Origin: Antedon mediterranea
Lineage: Eukaryota > Animalia > Echinodermata
Assembly (NCBI RefSeq): GCF_964355755.1
Contig: NC_092674.1
Location: 4,216,001 to 4,280,000 of the forward strand
DNA length: 64,000 bases
Reading direction: 5' to 3'
Shown here: positions 50,308-64,000 of the stretch, one piece after another
Layout: every line of letters begins with the position of its first letter
How positions within the stretch are numbered: the stretch's first letter is position 1
Translations under genes and position numbers: made by a program
The notes under the pieces: generated by a model
What the model saw: only the letters and a program-made list of their open reading frames with translations
The model's database searches: none
Told to the model about the DNA's origin: nothing

Positions 50308-52760
50308 CTATTTTTTTTCTTCGCAAGGCTCGTATTCAAATTCCAGTCCCGTTCCGGTTAATGATTCTCTCAATACAGAATCTATCAGCTTGTTCTGCGC
50401 AACTGTAAAATGATTCATCCAATCGCCAACGCCACCTGGATGACGAAACAAATGATAAGTGTAACCCATATCAGCCTACTCTCATGTTTTGTAACAAATG
50501 TGTTTGTCGTCAGAGGATCAAAAGAGAAAAATCGAACCCACAACCTCCAGATTTACTAGCCTCTTGTATTCAAATGAATTGGGCCCACACTAGTCTAGGT
50601 TCCAGACAGAGTTTTGACTTAATATTAGTAAAAAAGATAAATATTTTGGCAAATATGGCGTTTCATACGTATACTACTTGAGTTCAGACAAACATCGAAA
50701 AGCCTCGAAATAACTACAGACTGGGGAAAGTCTAGGCCCACACGTAGGCCTACTTATGGGCGGAAGAAGTAGTAAAGGATCTCGTTGTGCGCCACAGTAT
50801 CATACTTAATTCAGACAATGACGTCATGTCCTTTACTTACCTTTTCTCATAAACGTAGAAACATTGAGGTCAAAGTCCGTGAGACCTGTGAAGTTGGCCA
50901 TCGGGTTCTTGCTCATCTTTTTGAAAGTACACTGATCGACTGTCTTCTGGAGGGCTTCTTCTGACAGGGTCTTTCCAAGATGATCGCATATTTTGATGAC
51001 GTTTCCTCGAAGATCCTGAATTGAATTATAGTTGATTTGTTTAGTCATTTATTCATTATGACGGCAGAATTTAAATGTCCCCGTAGTACTGCATTTATTT
51101 TCAGATATCGTTAAATCATTCTTTTCAATCGATATTATTACGGATATTTTTTTAAGAATTTTTTTTTACGGATAGATTTACGTTATTGTTGGTTTCCGAG
51201 TTGTTTCGTTACTAAATTATGTTCTGTATTAGACCTATAGTGAATGTACAGTTAATCTATATACCTAAACCTACTTACTCGCTTCATGTCTTCATATTTT
51301 AGAAAAAGAACGTTTTCATCATGGCGATTCTGCCACCAACTGGTTACGTGATGAACCCAAGATCCATACGGAGCTGTTTGATAAAAAATAAAAGAAGAAA
51401 AAACTAGGCCTACTTTATAGTATACCATAGCTTACAACTTCACACATTTTAATTTCGCTTAACCGAAACCTTTATTCATTTGGCCTGGGTTACAGATAAG
51501 TTTGCTTCGATATCTGGAAGCTGGAATATCAACAAGAAGTATCTTGACTGCTTTTGCTTTCTTTTAAACTTTGAACCGTTTCCTTTTTGTTCTGCGCTTT
51601 TATTCACTTTGTTATGTTCAGTCAAGTTGTTTGGGTTATGAGATCATAAAATAGTAATGCCACACTACAAAATTACAAAATGCGTATATGTAAATGAGAA
51701 ATGTATATTATATTTTGGGCAAACTCCCCTATACGCATGCGCGTATCCGTGTCTCCGTGTCACAACACGTATACGAATACGATTTAATTTATAGCGTTTT
51801 CCATTTGTGTAAAATCATTTTTGTACTGTACTCGATAGAGGGCTAAAGGTATATAAGGTTAGCCTGTCTAGCCTAGGCCTAGTCAACATTTTTTACTTTT
51901 TGTCGTTTTCTTGAAGCATTTTAATACTAAATCCTGTCTGAATTAAGTTTTGCTGATAAGTGATCTTTGCCACGTGTAACACTTTTGATTTTCAACGAAT
52001 AAATCTTAAACGTGTGAAATCCGCACGTCGATACGCACCGAAATCGCGTATACTGTATTGGTGTCACGCAACACAGATTGTGTGACGTAGTACGCGATTA
52101 TCCATACGTATACACGGAGGTTGCCCAAACTGATATGTAGGAGGCGCACTTACATTTCATGGGAATCATCATCTTCAACAGGTAATCCTCCCAACTACTC
52201 ATTCTGTCGTCATCACTATAAGCTTTGAACATCTTCAAAAAGTGGAACGCTGACACACAGATGTCTTTGTAGTTTCGTGCCACGTATACTGCCTATTATA
52301 TAGTACGTATAGCCTATTATACAGTACACGTATAGTGCCTATTATATAGTACGTATTATATAGTACATATATTGCCTATTATATAGTACGTATTATATAG
52401 TAGGCCTACATATATTGCCTGTTATAGTACAAAACCAATGAGTATTTTTTTAACCATTCTTGTTTTTTTCATCATCATCAACAACATCATCGTCGCCGTT
52501 TCGACGTCGTAGTTAACAACACCACCGTAATTGTCATCGGTGGTTATCAGAAAACATCAATGTGACCACCGTTTTTATTATATACTTATCCTCGTCATTG
52601 CTCCTTCTATGAGGTCATGATCAATCCTCATATGACGTCATAATCTATCCTACTATGACGTAATAATCTATCCTAATGTGACGTGTTCATCAATCTTCTA
52701 TGCTCATTACATCATCTTGATTGTTGTAGTCTACCGCCGCCATCATAATTTGTATCACCG

Positions 52761-52791
<31 letters not shown>

Positions 52792-53431
52792 TATCATCAT
52801 CATCATCCTTTATCATCGTCGTCGTCTTCGTTCTAATAAATTCGTCATTTTCAGTTGCTGCTGTTGTTGGCGTTATCATTACCTTTGCTTTTTTATTATG
52901 GAAATCAGGGGGCATCGTATCAAACGCCATGTGTGTTTTTATTAGTCTTGGTTTATCACGTGGCATGTTTGCAATCTTTTTAATTAGGATGTTGCCTGGT
53001 TTGGCTGTGCTCATTTCAAGATGTGGCACCCGTTCTTCAACGTGAATCGACGTAATCTTCTCAACGTCAGCCTCGTAATAAATCATTGAGACTATTTCCT
53101 GTAACCATGTTGTTCCTGTTAATTATAGATTGATTAAATATTGTATATCAATATTAATTGTATTTGTTTTTTCGATTTCTCCATTGTTATTTTCTCTATT
53201 GTTGAAGGCTATTGTCTTTTTTTAAAAGAAGCATTGTTTACCTGATTTTGGAAAAGATATAACGTAAACGTCATCATTTCGTACTTCAAACGTTTTCATC
53301 GCTTCAAGCGTACTTGCATGAACAAACCACGGGTATGGAACGCCATCGTAGACATGAAGACCAGACCCGGCCTGGAATTCAATATCAGGATGCTCAATTG
53401 ACGATTTGATTGAATCCTTACTTGCTGACAT
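50308..53431 (-). CDS. Cytosolic PAPS-dependent sulfotransferase (SULT1-like), 6 coding exons, 319 aa
   Basis: Minus-strand exons 53431-53242, 53115-52883, 52292-52154, 51373-51279, 51015-50841, 50435-50308 splice in frame. Motifs SFPKSGTTW (5'-PSB), RLIKTH (catalytic His), YVARNYKDICVS (3'-PB), PYGSW, FLKYEDMK, FMRKGGVGDW. Confidence 0.95.
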
Positions 53432-55720
53432 TTTCTAGGAATTATTGTGGTATAATTTTAGATAGACAATGGCAAAACAAAATCACTATACTACACTACA
53501 CACTAGCTACACCAATGCTATTATTAAACGATATACTTGCCAGTAGAGCACAATTCATACCTATGCAATTTGGTGTTTATTACCGCCGCCTAGGAGGTTA
53601 TATGTTTGAGATAACATCAAAACTAAAAGGACAGATCTTAACCAAATTATAAACACAGTGAGACATGTGGTCAATGAAGACTCCATTCAGTTTTTAGGAA
53701 ATCTTAACCAGGATCCCAAATTCTGGACCACTTTTTATTATTTTACTAATTTTAAGCCGTACGTCAAAAGTACAACTACGGATTTATATATATATTATTT
53801 ATTATTTTGATTATGATAATAGGCCTGTAATAATGATGTAGTCCGCTAATAATATCCGTTCTGCTCCAGCAAAACATCTCGAATTGAGATTTGGAGGCCT
53901 AACTTTACGCGGATAGTATTTAGACTTAACCTCCATCTTTTTGTCCATCTATAGTTCTGTCCCTAAAAATGTGTTTATATGAAATAGTAACACTAAATAT
54001 GAAAGCTGTTAAAGCCTAGAAAAAAACATAGCAGTAATTAAAGTAAGTAAATTAAATAAGAGTTTACCGTACCTGTTGCTTACTGTACACCTTCTGTTCA
54101 GAATGGAATACGAATTTTGTTTAGTGATACTATATAGCAATTTATGACGTACCCTTGGCCTTATCATCAAACCAATAAAATAACCGGTCACCCAACCAAC
54201 ATTGGAATTGTATCACATGTTAAGTGTACTTCGCACTTGTTATTTATATAGCAACTATTTTATGTCAAAGATCGTAAAAGAAAAACAAATACACATAAAG
54301 CAAACCGTATTTGTTGTACGTACTCAACAAAATGTAGTACAACTACTTAAACTTTTTAACAATGTTATTGAAAATAGTAAAATAAATGCAATAACAACGG
54401 GATGCTGAGCACCGGAGATCAAAGGGTTTATCTGTGGCTGCAACACGATCAGTTCCACGCCCCTGAACACTGCGCGCCGCGAAGAATATGTAGATTGTAC
54501 AGTATACTGTTGGTATTTGTCACAGCCAGACATAAGATTAAAGGACTGTTACGAGTTGGCAAGACGAGCCCAGTCCTGTTGTTAGATTGCCTTGGTATAA
54601 TGTACCGGTATAGTATATTTAAATAAAGAGAAATGATGGAATTGTGGTCTAAGGATTGGTTTGATGAAAACAAAAGATTATCTTTGTGTATACACATTTT
54701 ACAAAATAATAATGGGATGGAAACGACAGGGAAGTAAGTAAATAATATTTATTGCTTTCCAAGAACAGTACAAATTAATAAAACAGTATAATGTAAATGA
54801 AATAAAAAGAGAAAACATTAAATATAATAATACAAGACTAAACTAGAAAATAAGCATGGAAAGCAGGGGATGGCCCTTTAAGCCCAGAGACTTGTTTCCA
54901 AGGGGGACCCCAAAGAGATAAGATAATTGTTATTTACATGCTACTAATGGGTTGTTTGGAAGGGGTGGGGGAGAAATAAAAAAATAATATTTTCATTAAT
55001 TATTCATAATTATTGATTGTTTATTTGTAATTGTTGTTTTAGGAAACGGTACCTGAACCTGATTACGTCTATACTCTTATTTTATGTGTTCTCTTACTGG
55101 GTACGTTGCAAATGGCGCCAAGATTGTTTTATAATTCTAAAAGGTAGGCCTATATTAGACTTGACCCAAGTATTTTTTAAATGTTTGTTCGGGGTTTTTT
55201 TAAATGATTTTCGTTGTGTTTTTATTTAATTTTTATTATTATTACCCGTCGGCGTTTAGATTTTTCTCTTATAGCTCAAGTATATATGGCAAAATATTTA
55301 TCTTTTTGCTAATATTAATTCAAAATACGTTATGTACGAGTATTATGTGTTCCTTTACTTCGTATGTTGAAGGGCGCCAACATTGGTTGGCCAGTTTCGA
55401 AAGCGTCATGCTATGCACATGCGTATTCGCGTTTCTGTCTGTCATACTGCCTTCTTCGACGAATTCTAGTTCCTTTGATTTTTCGCTTCAGCAAAATTTA
55501 CTAGTACGAATTGTTTCTACTTTTTGCGAAGCGAAACATTGCGCAACCAATCAGAGCTCAGGAAATGAGCACTCATGCGAATCGAAATGCTCAGCAACCA
55601 CGCGAGGAACATGAACGTCGCAGCTATTCGCTCATGTAGTGGAAAGAGAGTAGGCGATTTATTTCTCTTCGAAACGTTGGATTCGCGCGAACAAATTCGC
55701 CTAGTGGAAAATCGGCTTTA

Positions 55721-55882
55721 AGCCGATTTTCTACTAGGCGAATTTGTTCGCGCGAATCGAAAGCGCCAGCTTGTACGCATGTGTATTCATGTTTACATCT
55801 TCCACATCCTTCTCTACGCATGCGTATTAGCTGACCCCCTTCGATTCGCGCGAAAAAATTCGCCTAGTGGAAAATCGGCTTT
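55721..55882. mobile_element. MITE (TIR agccgatttt(c/t)cactaggcgaatt), with an extra right-end copy at 55679-55719
   Basis: agccgattttctactaggcgaatttgttcgcgcgaatcgaa...ttcgattcgcgcgaaaaaattcgcctagtggaaaatcggct. Confidence 0.75.
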
Positions 55883-56512
55883 ACTTCGTACAGTATGTTA
55901 AAGGGCGCCCACATTGGTTCAGAAACTGTAAAACTGCATTCATATGTCGTTTAATTTCTCCGTAATCAGCATTTTATCGCAAATAAAACTGTGGGTATGA
56001 TTATGAACACACTACGAACGACGGAGATAATTGCAATTAACATAATCTATATTTGATGTTGGATATTCACATTCTTATTCTTACTTCAAAGCAGACAACT
56101 GACAAAATATAAGAGCCGCCAATAATGAGCTGAGGAGAATCACGTGACATTCGACGTACGCGCACTTAGATGTTCATGGACAAAGAGAGTGGAATCTGAG
56201 AGTGTCATCTGGCGGGATTTGAAACAATGACTCGGGTAGGTAGAGCCAAGCATTTGTGCTGTACCTCTAAAAGAAACCTATAGCTGACAGTATAACAAGA
56301 TAACACTATAATAATTAATTATCTGCTGTAGATTCTGCATCGATTTTTAATATTGTGTAATAAATATTATGTAATAGGGAGCCTAAATATTATGTAATGT
56401 AATAATAATTGTTTTATTGAAATTGATAAATTTTCTTTATGTTATTGTGGTTATTTCTAAATAGAGCCCACTTAAAAATGGCGTAGAATCAACGCAACCA
56501 ACGGGCTGCGTG

Positions 56513-56814
56513 TTTTTTTTTTCCAGGACGAACGTGGGCAAAACTCATGAATAATTCATTACCTTAATTATTTTCTATTATAAAGAATTGAAAGATAGCT
56601 GATGTGAAATGAAAGACCTCGAACCGAGGGCTTCAGCGTAATAGGTTAAAGCCTTTACCACTAGACCAAACATTTCGGTTGGCAAACGTTGTTTACACTA
56701 ATTATTTAATCTCTCTGCATTCTTATACAGCGCCCTCTATAATGTTCCCTATTATGTCATAATTAATCATGAATTATTCATGATTTCTGCCCACGTTCGT
56801 CCTGGAAAAAAAAA
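56513..56814. mobile_element. Inverted-repeat element with a tRNA-like (A/B box) internal segment
   Basis: Arms tttttttccaggacgaacgtgggca.aa.tcatgaataattcat and its reverse complement. The minus strand at 56615-56672 reads tggtctagtggtaaag...ggttcgagg. Confidence 0.6.
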
Positions 56815-59812
56815 TTGCGCCAACGGCCTTAGGCGCAACGCGAGTAATTTGACCAATCACAACAGTTCGGTTGATCCGTCGTGTCGTGATTGCTCAATGA
56901 CTTGTTACGTCCTTGTGTTGCGTTCAAGTGGGAACCAATCTTTATAGGCACTTTGATCTAGGGTCCTCTTTCATGCATCAGTGTGTTTGAAAATAATAAT
57001 AATGATAATAATTAGGTGAAATCATTTTAAGAATAAACAGTTATTTTTACACACTTCTGCAGAACCAAACTAAATCGTTTTAATAATAAATAGATATAAT
57101 TCATCGTCTCTCACAAACGTAACAACAAGTCACTGAATATTGATAATAAATTGTAACTTAATTGTCCAATGAGAATATACTTATGTATAAACAAACATGC
57201 GGCAGCCATGCATATTAATACACACACATATTTTCCCATTATGCTCATAGAATTAACTCCTTGCTTCAGTAACAACTGATTCACCGCCGCGCAGAACCAT
57301 TTTACTTCTCGTAATTTCAGATCATATTAGTTAGCGGTGCCGCTTCAGTTTTAAGTTTAAAACAGCCAATGGCCAGTATTTCGTTAAGCATCATCGGTGT
57401 AGCAGGATTACTTTTTGTATGCCTTAGCTATACAGTATTATAGGTAAGTACAATACTATTATGTAGGATGATTACTATTAAAATGATAAACTTTTTATAA
57501 TATAAGACACAATTATTGAATACCTTATTTCGACTTATAGAGATAATTCGTACGGACTGAGTAACATTAACTCAGCGTGTGATATGCGAAAACTAGGTAA
57601 TATCAATATAATATTAATCTGATGTCCTGCACTCGAAATGTACTCGCGTGTGTGTTTAGCTAATAGTACTTTACTGATCTTGACTGATCAACAGATGATT
57701 GTTTATGTTACCACTCAAATATATTTACCACATACATAAATTTATAAAGTGTTCTTTTGTTGCTAAATTTATAAAGTGGTTTTTTTTTTGTGCTAAAAAC
57801 GTTGCATAAATAGTTGCTACATTTCAACCGAGTAAGAGTATCATAATCCAATGAAACCGGTTTGTCGGGTAGGTGACTGCCCCCGTGTATGTATGTGCTT
57901 GGAATAAACTGTTGTAATAGTAATGAAAACTAAAGTTATTTTTTAGGCCTGTCTCGTAGGAGCAACCGCGATTTATACACGCACTATCCGTTTATCTGAA
58001 CCGGTATTGTATCTACATTTGTTCAGCAGTATTATAGGAAAATTATATGTTACAGCATCTCACAAGATTAATCTAACCTTCCATAATAATAATAATAATA
58101 ATAATAATATTTATTCGGCAAACGTTCTTAAAAGGTACGGTTTACATTTCATCTTAGTAAGTAATAGGCATGAGCCCAAACAGAAAACTGCTCTTATTCC
58201 ACCACATGGAATGCTTTATCATGGAATTTGCTATGAATACTATACAAATATTGTCATATGTGGAGATACAGTGCGGATCGAATCTGGTTCCTGCACCATA
58301 GGTCATATTAGAGTCACTTTAATAGGGGAGACGTTTGAATAGTTTTTCTACGCTCGAAAGAATTAATTTAAGTTTAAGTTCGGTAGTCTTTGTAGCAAGT
58401 CATCTATAAAATAAAGTTATTTAGAGCTCAGCTTTTATGTAAGCTTAAGAAATATCTTATAAATAGTACCTTCTACACGCAGAACTAAGCCTTTGGAATG
58501 CAGTGTTCCACATCGCATTATTGTATGAACCCACTGTATCTGAACTGTACTAAAAGTTGTTGCGATAGTTGTAGCAGCACACCCCCTCTGTCGCTCTTTG
58601 CATTTCACTTATTAGCTAAGAGCACTTTGTTTAACAACCGTAAGCTGTTGATAAAAAGTTGACTTTAAAAATGATATACAGGTGATACCGCTTGTTAAAA
58701 AAAACGATTCTGAAATGTGAACCAGCTGCCTCTAATTGAAATGCCTCGCAAACTATAAAGATAAATAATATTTTACATTTAATGTATATGACTATGTCTA
58801 CTTGCTTAGAACTTGACAATAATTTAAAGACAACATTACTGATTAGGTGCTGATGATCCTTGAACTTATTGGCTAGGTTTGAGGGATTAGGACGCGTACC
58901 ATTCACTTTTTATCTTGATCCCCATTTGATACGCTACAACTTACGCTGCAATTTCGCATTAACATTTTTTTTTCTGTAACTAATTTTAGCATGTCAAGTT
59001 TTCCGAAATACTAAAGAGTAGTAAGAGACAAAATCGGACATGAGGATAGATAATTGTTGTATATTTATATATTACTGTATAGTTGTGAATTAGTATGCCA
59101 TTGATTGTAAAAGAATCGTCGTTGTCGAGTCTTAGAAAGGCTATTTGATGGCGCTAGTTACAATCCGCTATGCATGATTAACTAATAGAATGACGTAATG
59201 CGTACACGGCATAAATGGAAAAGGAAAACGATTGGTACTCGGATTATAAAAAAAAATAATAATTCTTTACTCCATGCGTTGTAAATAATAAATATTGTAC
59301 TTATAATCAGATGCTTATTGACAGGCATCATACTTAAGCCGTGTATAAACTATAAACTTTATGTGACAACAAAATGTTATGTGCCCATATATGAACATGA
59401 TGATGTCATATCACTACCATATTTAAGGATATCACTACCATATTTGGGCACATCACACTTTTTTTTTGGTCAAACTAGCTTATTGACAGGTATAATACTT
59501 ACAAAGGAATACTTGCATTGTCAGAGTCAAACAAGGAACAAAAATGAGAAAATAATAATGCGTTATATAATTATTACAATGAGGAATGCGTGTTGTATAA
59601 TATAATTATACGATGACAATTTATGCACGCTCATAAATAAATAATAAGCAAAAATAGTTTGCATGATCATAAACATGTATAATTTTTAAATATGATTTAT
59701 GTGTTGTATATATAATATAATAATTACGCGTTCCTGGCGTGACGTGATCAAGGTTAGCAAACTTGTTAGATCGGTTGTGTTCAGCTGTTTTCTTGACTTC
59801 ACCAACGTACAC

Positions 59813-62800
59813 GCAGGCATTTTGACCAATCACAAGCCGATTGTGTCAACTGTTGCTTGTGATTGGTCAAGTTCCTTAAGTGCAAAACCGCAAGCGTTCG
59901 CTTCACGTGCTCACAAACTATTAAGTACGAACTTACAAGTTCGTACGCCCAACCCAATCTTCTAAAAATATTTTAAGTAGACCTACTTACCCTTGAGTAA
60001 CCCAAGGAAAAAATACCAGATAAACACCTGTTATATAATATAAATATTGAAAATTAAACCTCATGGGTGGATATAGAAAATATGAATATTACTAGGTCTG
60101 TATACACGGCGGCCGGCGATTTTTTTTTTCGTACATAAGTTGGGGACCCCCTCATGAAACGTCACAAAATAAACATGAATAATTCATCAGTTAAATTTGT
60201 TGTTCCGTGTGCACCCAAGTGTATAGCAACAAGAAGTGATTACACGCACAAAACTAACTGCGATACGATTCTTTCTACAGTAGGCCTAGGATTCTAGGTC
60301 AATTCACGTGATTGCCTTCGCGCGCGCACTCTTCTTAATCTTCACACACACACCACTATGCAAAATGTGTCGAGGCTAATCGACAGCTAGGCAAGATATT
60401 AAACTAAGTACTGTAGTTAATTGGACATAGCCCAAAGAAAGCTTAGACCCACAAGAATAAAAAATGTATATAATCTGTGTACTGTAATTTTTTATCAAAC
60501 AATATGCATGTACTCAAAGGAACTTTAAAAATGCGCGTATATGAACACATGAGATGGGAAGATTAGACTCACGAGAATAAAAAATGTATTTTTGTGTAAT
60601 GTTTATTGTTTAATTTTGCTGACTTATTACTCGGACTGTGTCGTACCTAACACACACACGTCACACACACCACACAGCTACTACTAGAATAGAAATGGGT
60701 TTAGAGACTAATAATTAGGCCTAATAGTATTAATAGAAACTATAATTTTAACACGTAATTCTTTAGTAATAAATTATATTAAAAACACCATAAACCAAAG
60801 GCTGATTATTTCGACAATCCACACAAAACGACGGTATTCTTCTATGAAATCGCACGCCGCAACCACAGCGGAGATAGGCCTAGAATCGTATCGCAGTTGT
60901 ATTGTGTAATCGCTTCTTGTTGCTATACGCTTGGGTGCACACGGAACAACAAAATTTAACTGATGAATTATTCATGTTTATTTTGTGACGTTTCATGAAG
61001 GGATCCCCAACTTATGTACGAAAAAAAAAATCGCGACCGGGCACGCATATCGAGTAGACTTGCCCCAAGCCTGTATATTTATATTATTGTCTTTTTATTA
61101 TGTTAGTCCACCATGAAGTATTATACGTTTAAAACGCCAAGTGTGCCAAAATATTTATCTTTTAAAAATTATATTAAGTTGAAATTTCAGTCTAGAACCT
61201 AAGTATACAAGATGTACTCTTACATTATGTTTCTTCAAACATGGTGCTTCAACTTAGGCTGTTGCCCTTCAAATGAATAACCTATATATTTATTGCCTTA
61301 CATTTCGTACGCAGGCATTTTGACCAATCACAAGCCGATTGTGTCAACAGTTGCTTGTGATTGGTCAAGTTCCTTAAGTGCAACCAAAACCGCACGCGTT
61401 CGCTTCACGTGCTCACAAATTATTAAGTACGAAGTTCGTACGCCCAACCCAATATTCTAAACATATCTTAAGTAGACCTCCTTACCCTTGAGTAACCCAA
61501 GAAAAAAATACCAGATAAACACCTGTTATATAATATAAATATTGATAATTAAACCTCACGGGTGGATATAGAAAATATGAATATTACTAGGTCTATATAC
61601 ACGGCGACCGGGCACGCATACGAGTAGACTTGCCCCGAGCCTGTATATTTATATTATTGTCTTTTTATTATGTTAGTCCACCATGAAGTATTATACGTAT
61701 GAAACGCCAAGTGTGCCAAAATATTTATCTTTTAAAAATTATATTAAGTTGAAATTTCAGTCTAGAACCTAAGTATACAAGATGTACTCTTACATATGTT
61801 TCTTCAAACATGGTGCTTCAACTTAGGCTGTTGCCCTTCAAATGAATAACCTATATATTTATTGCCTTACATTTCGTACGCAGGCATTTTGACCAATCAC
61901 AAGCCGATTGTGTCAACTGTTGCTTGTGATTGGTCAAGTTCCTTAAGTGCAACCAAAACCGCACGCGTTCGCTTCACGTGCTCACAAATTATTAAGTACA
62001 AAGTTCGTACGCCCAACCCAATATTCTAAAAATATCTTAAGTAGACCTACTTACCTTTGAGTAACCCAAGGAAAAAATACCAGATAAACACCTGTTATAT
62101 AATATAAATATTGATAATTAGACCTCATGGGTGGATATAGAAAATAAGAATATTACTAGGTCTATATACACGGCGACCGGGCACGCATATGAGTAGACTT
62201 GCCCCAAGCCTGTATATTTATATTATTGTCTTTTTATTATGTTAGTCTACCATGAAGTATTATACGTTTGAAACGCCAAGTGTGCCAAAATATTTATCTT
62301 TAAAAAATTATATTAAGTTGAAATTTCAGTCTAGAACCTAAGTATACAAGATTTACTCTTACATATGTTTCTTCAAACATGGTGCTTCAACTTAGGCTGT
62401 TGCCCTTCAAATGAATAACCTATATATTTATTGCCTTACATTTCGTACGCAGGCATTTTGACCAATCACAAGCCGATTGTGTCAACTGTTGCTTGTGATT
62501 GGTCAAGTTCCTTAAGTGCAACCAAAACCGCACGCGTTCGCTTCACGTGCTCACAAATTATTAAGTACAAAGTTCGTACGCCCAACCCAATATTCTAAAA
62601 ATATCTTAAGTAGACCTACTTACCTTTGAGTAACCCAAGGAAAAAATACCAGATAAACACCTGTTATATAATATAAATATTGATAATTAAACCTCATGGG
62701 TGGATATAGAAAATAAGAATATTACTAGGTCTATATACACGGCGACCGGGCACGCATATGAGTAGACTTGCCCCAAGCCTGTATATTTATATTATTCTCT

Positions 62801-63550
62801 TTTTATTATGTTAGTCTACCATGAAGTATTATACGTATGAAACGCCAAGTGTGCCAAAATATTTATCTTTTAAAAATTATATTAAGTTGAAATTTCAGTC
62901 TAGAACCTAAGTATACAAGATGTACTCTTACATATGTTTCTTCAAACATGGTGCTTCAACTTAGGCTGTTGCCCTTCAAATGAATAACCTATATATTTAT
63001 TGCCTTACATTTCGTACGCAGGCATTTTGACCAATCACAAGCCGATTGTGTCAACTGTTGCTTGTGATTGGTCAAGTTCTTTAAGTGCAACCAAAACCGC
63101 ACGCGTTCGCTTCACGTGCTCACAAATTATTAAGTACAAAGTTCGTACGCCCAACCCAATATTCTAAAAATATCTTAAGTAGACCTACTTACCTTTGAGT
63201 AACCCAAGGAAAAAATACCAGATAAACACCTGTTATATAATATAAATATTGATAATTAAACCTCATGGGTGGATATAGAAAATAAGAATATTACTAGGTC
63301 TATATACACGGCGACCGGGCACGCATATGAGTAGACTTGCCCCAAGCCTGTATATTTATATTATTCTCTTTTTATTATGTTAGTCTACCATGAAGTATTA
63401 TACATATGAAACGTCAAGTGTGCCAAAATATTTATCTTTTAAAAATTATATTAAGTTGAAATTTCAGTCTAGAACCTAAGTATACAAGATGTAGTCTTAC
63501 GTAAGTTTCTTCAAACATGGTACTTCAACTTAGGCTGTTGCCCTTCAAAT
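59813..63550. repeat. Tandem array of a 569-bp unit, about 5 copies
   Basis: gcaggcattttgaccaatcacaagccg starts at 59813, 61311, 61880, 62449 and 63018 (569-bp spacing after the first unit); the units are nearly identical. Confidence 0.95.
60116..61034. mobile_element. ~920-bp TIR element inserted in the first unit of the 569-bp array
   Basis: TIRs of ~160 bp (gcgatttttttttttcgtacataagttgggga... / ...tccccaacttatgtacgaaaaaaaaaatcgc). The empty site cacggcgaccgggcac in the other units shows a 5-7-bp target duplication with one mismatch. Confidence 0.88.
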
Positions 63551-64000
63551 TAATAAACTAAATAGTTTAATATTATATTATTATTGCCTTTAATACATTG
63601 TAACAAAGAGGATGTCATTCATATAGTACAGTAGGCCTACTTCTTCAATGTAGTATACACTTAAACCGTAAAAGATATCAATAATATTATATTATGCATT
63701 TAGGATATGATAATAAACTGACGTCTTTTCTTTTCTTATATAACATTTCGTATCATTATTAATTCCCTATGTCAATAACGTTTTGAATATGTTGACAATG
63801 AAAACGACAAAACTATTTTTAAAAGGATCAAGCAAGCTGCATAAAAGCTGTCAATAAATTAAATTATATAATATTGTTCATCCGTTTATAATAATATGAT
63901 AGCAGAATAAAGATTATAATAGGTCTTCAAAATCATGAAACCAATTTGTAATAAAGAAGAATCGATATCATACTTTGATCAGTTTTGGTGTTGGTGCCCA

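Noticed and set aside
52712-52882. Poly-Asp tail of the ORF-track protein 52712-53086
   Set aside because: Read-through into an intron containing a (CAT)n microsatellite; the SULT exon ends at the donor after 52883.
54324-54697. Cluster of short overlapping ORFs upstream of the SULT
   Set aside because: No recognisable motifs or consistent splice structure; possibly decayed TE sequence.
56615-56672. tRNA-like A and B boxes on the minus strand (also ~50525-50562)
   Set aside because: No complete cloverleaf or acceptor stem; better explained as SINE or TE-derived fragments.
59813-63550. Regularly spaced repeats as a possible CRISPR array
   Set aside because: The whole 569-bp unit is repeated with no unique spacers; eukaryotic context and no cas genes.

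Overview
AT-rich, intron-containing animal (invertebrate, my impression is echinoderm-like) genomic DNA; not prokaryotic, with no rRNA, intact tRNA or CRISPR array seen. Genes reconstructed by hand from GT-AG splice sites: (1) the 3' part of a degenerate G2E3-like HECT N-lobe gene (457-3375, +); (2) an intronless class A GPCR (5748-6689, +); (3) a complete 12-exon VPS36/ESCRT-II gene (20522-29994, +); (4,5) two tandem 5-coding-exon HMG-CoA reductase-like genes (35341-39766 and 45591-48608, +); (6) a convergent 6-coding-exon cytosolic sulfotransferase (50308-53431, -). The most unusual element is the HMGR pair. Both proteins lack the sterol-sensing membrane anchor of animal HMGR, start with a mitochondrial-type presequence on its own 179-nt exon, carry prokaryote-type class I motifs (ENYIG/EKYIG, PMATTEAALVASYSRG, ASGQN, ACGQDxACVxES) and share changes at the NADPH site. 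My inference is a horizontally acquired, mitochondrially targeted mevalonate-type reductase next to a sulfotransferase. Non-coding DNA holds many MITEs, a 3.5-kb TIR element with an 8-bp TSD, three P-element-like excision footprints, Penelope-like ends with minimal hammerhead ribozymes, LINE 3' fragments and a 569-bp tandem array.
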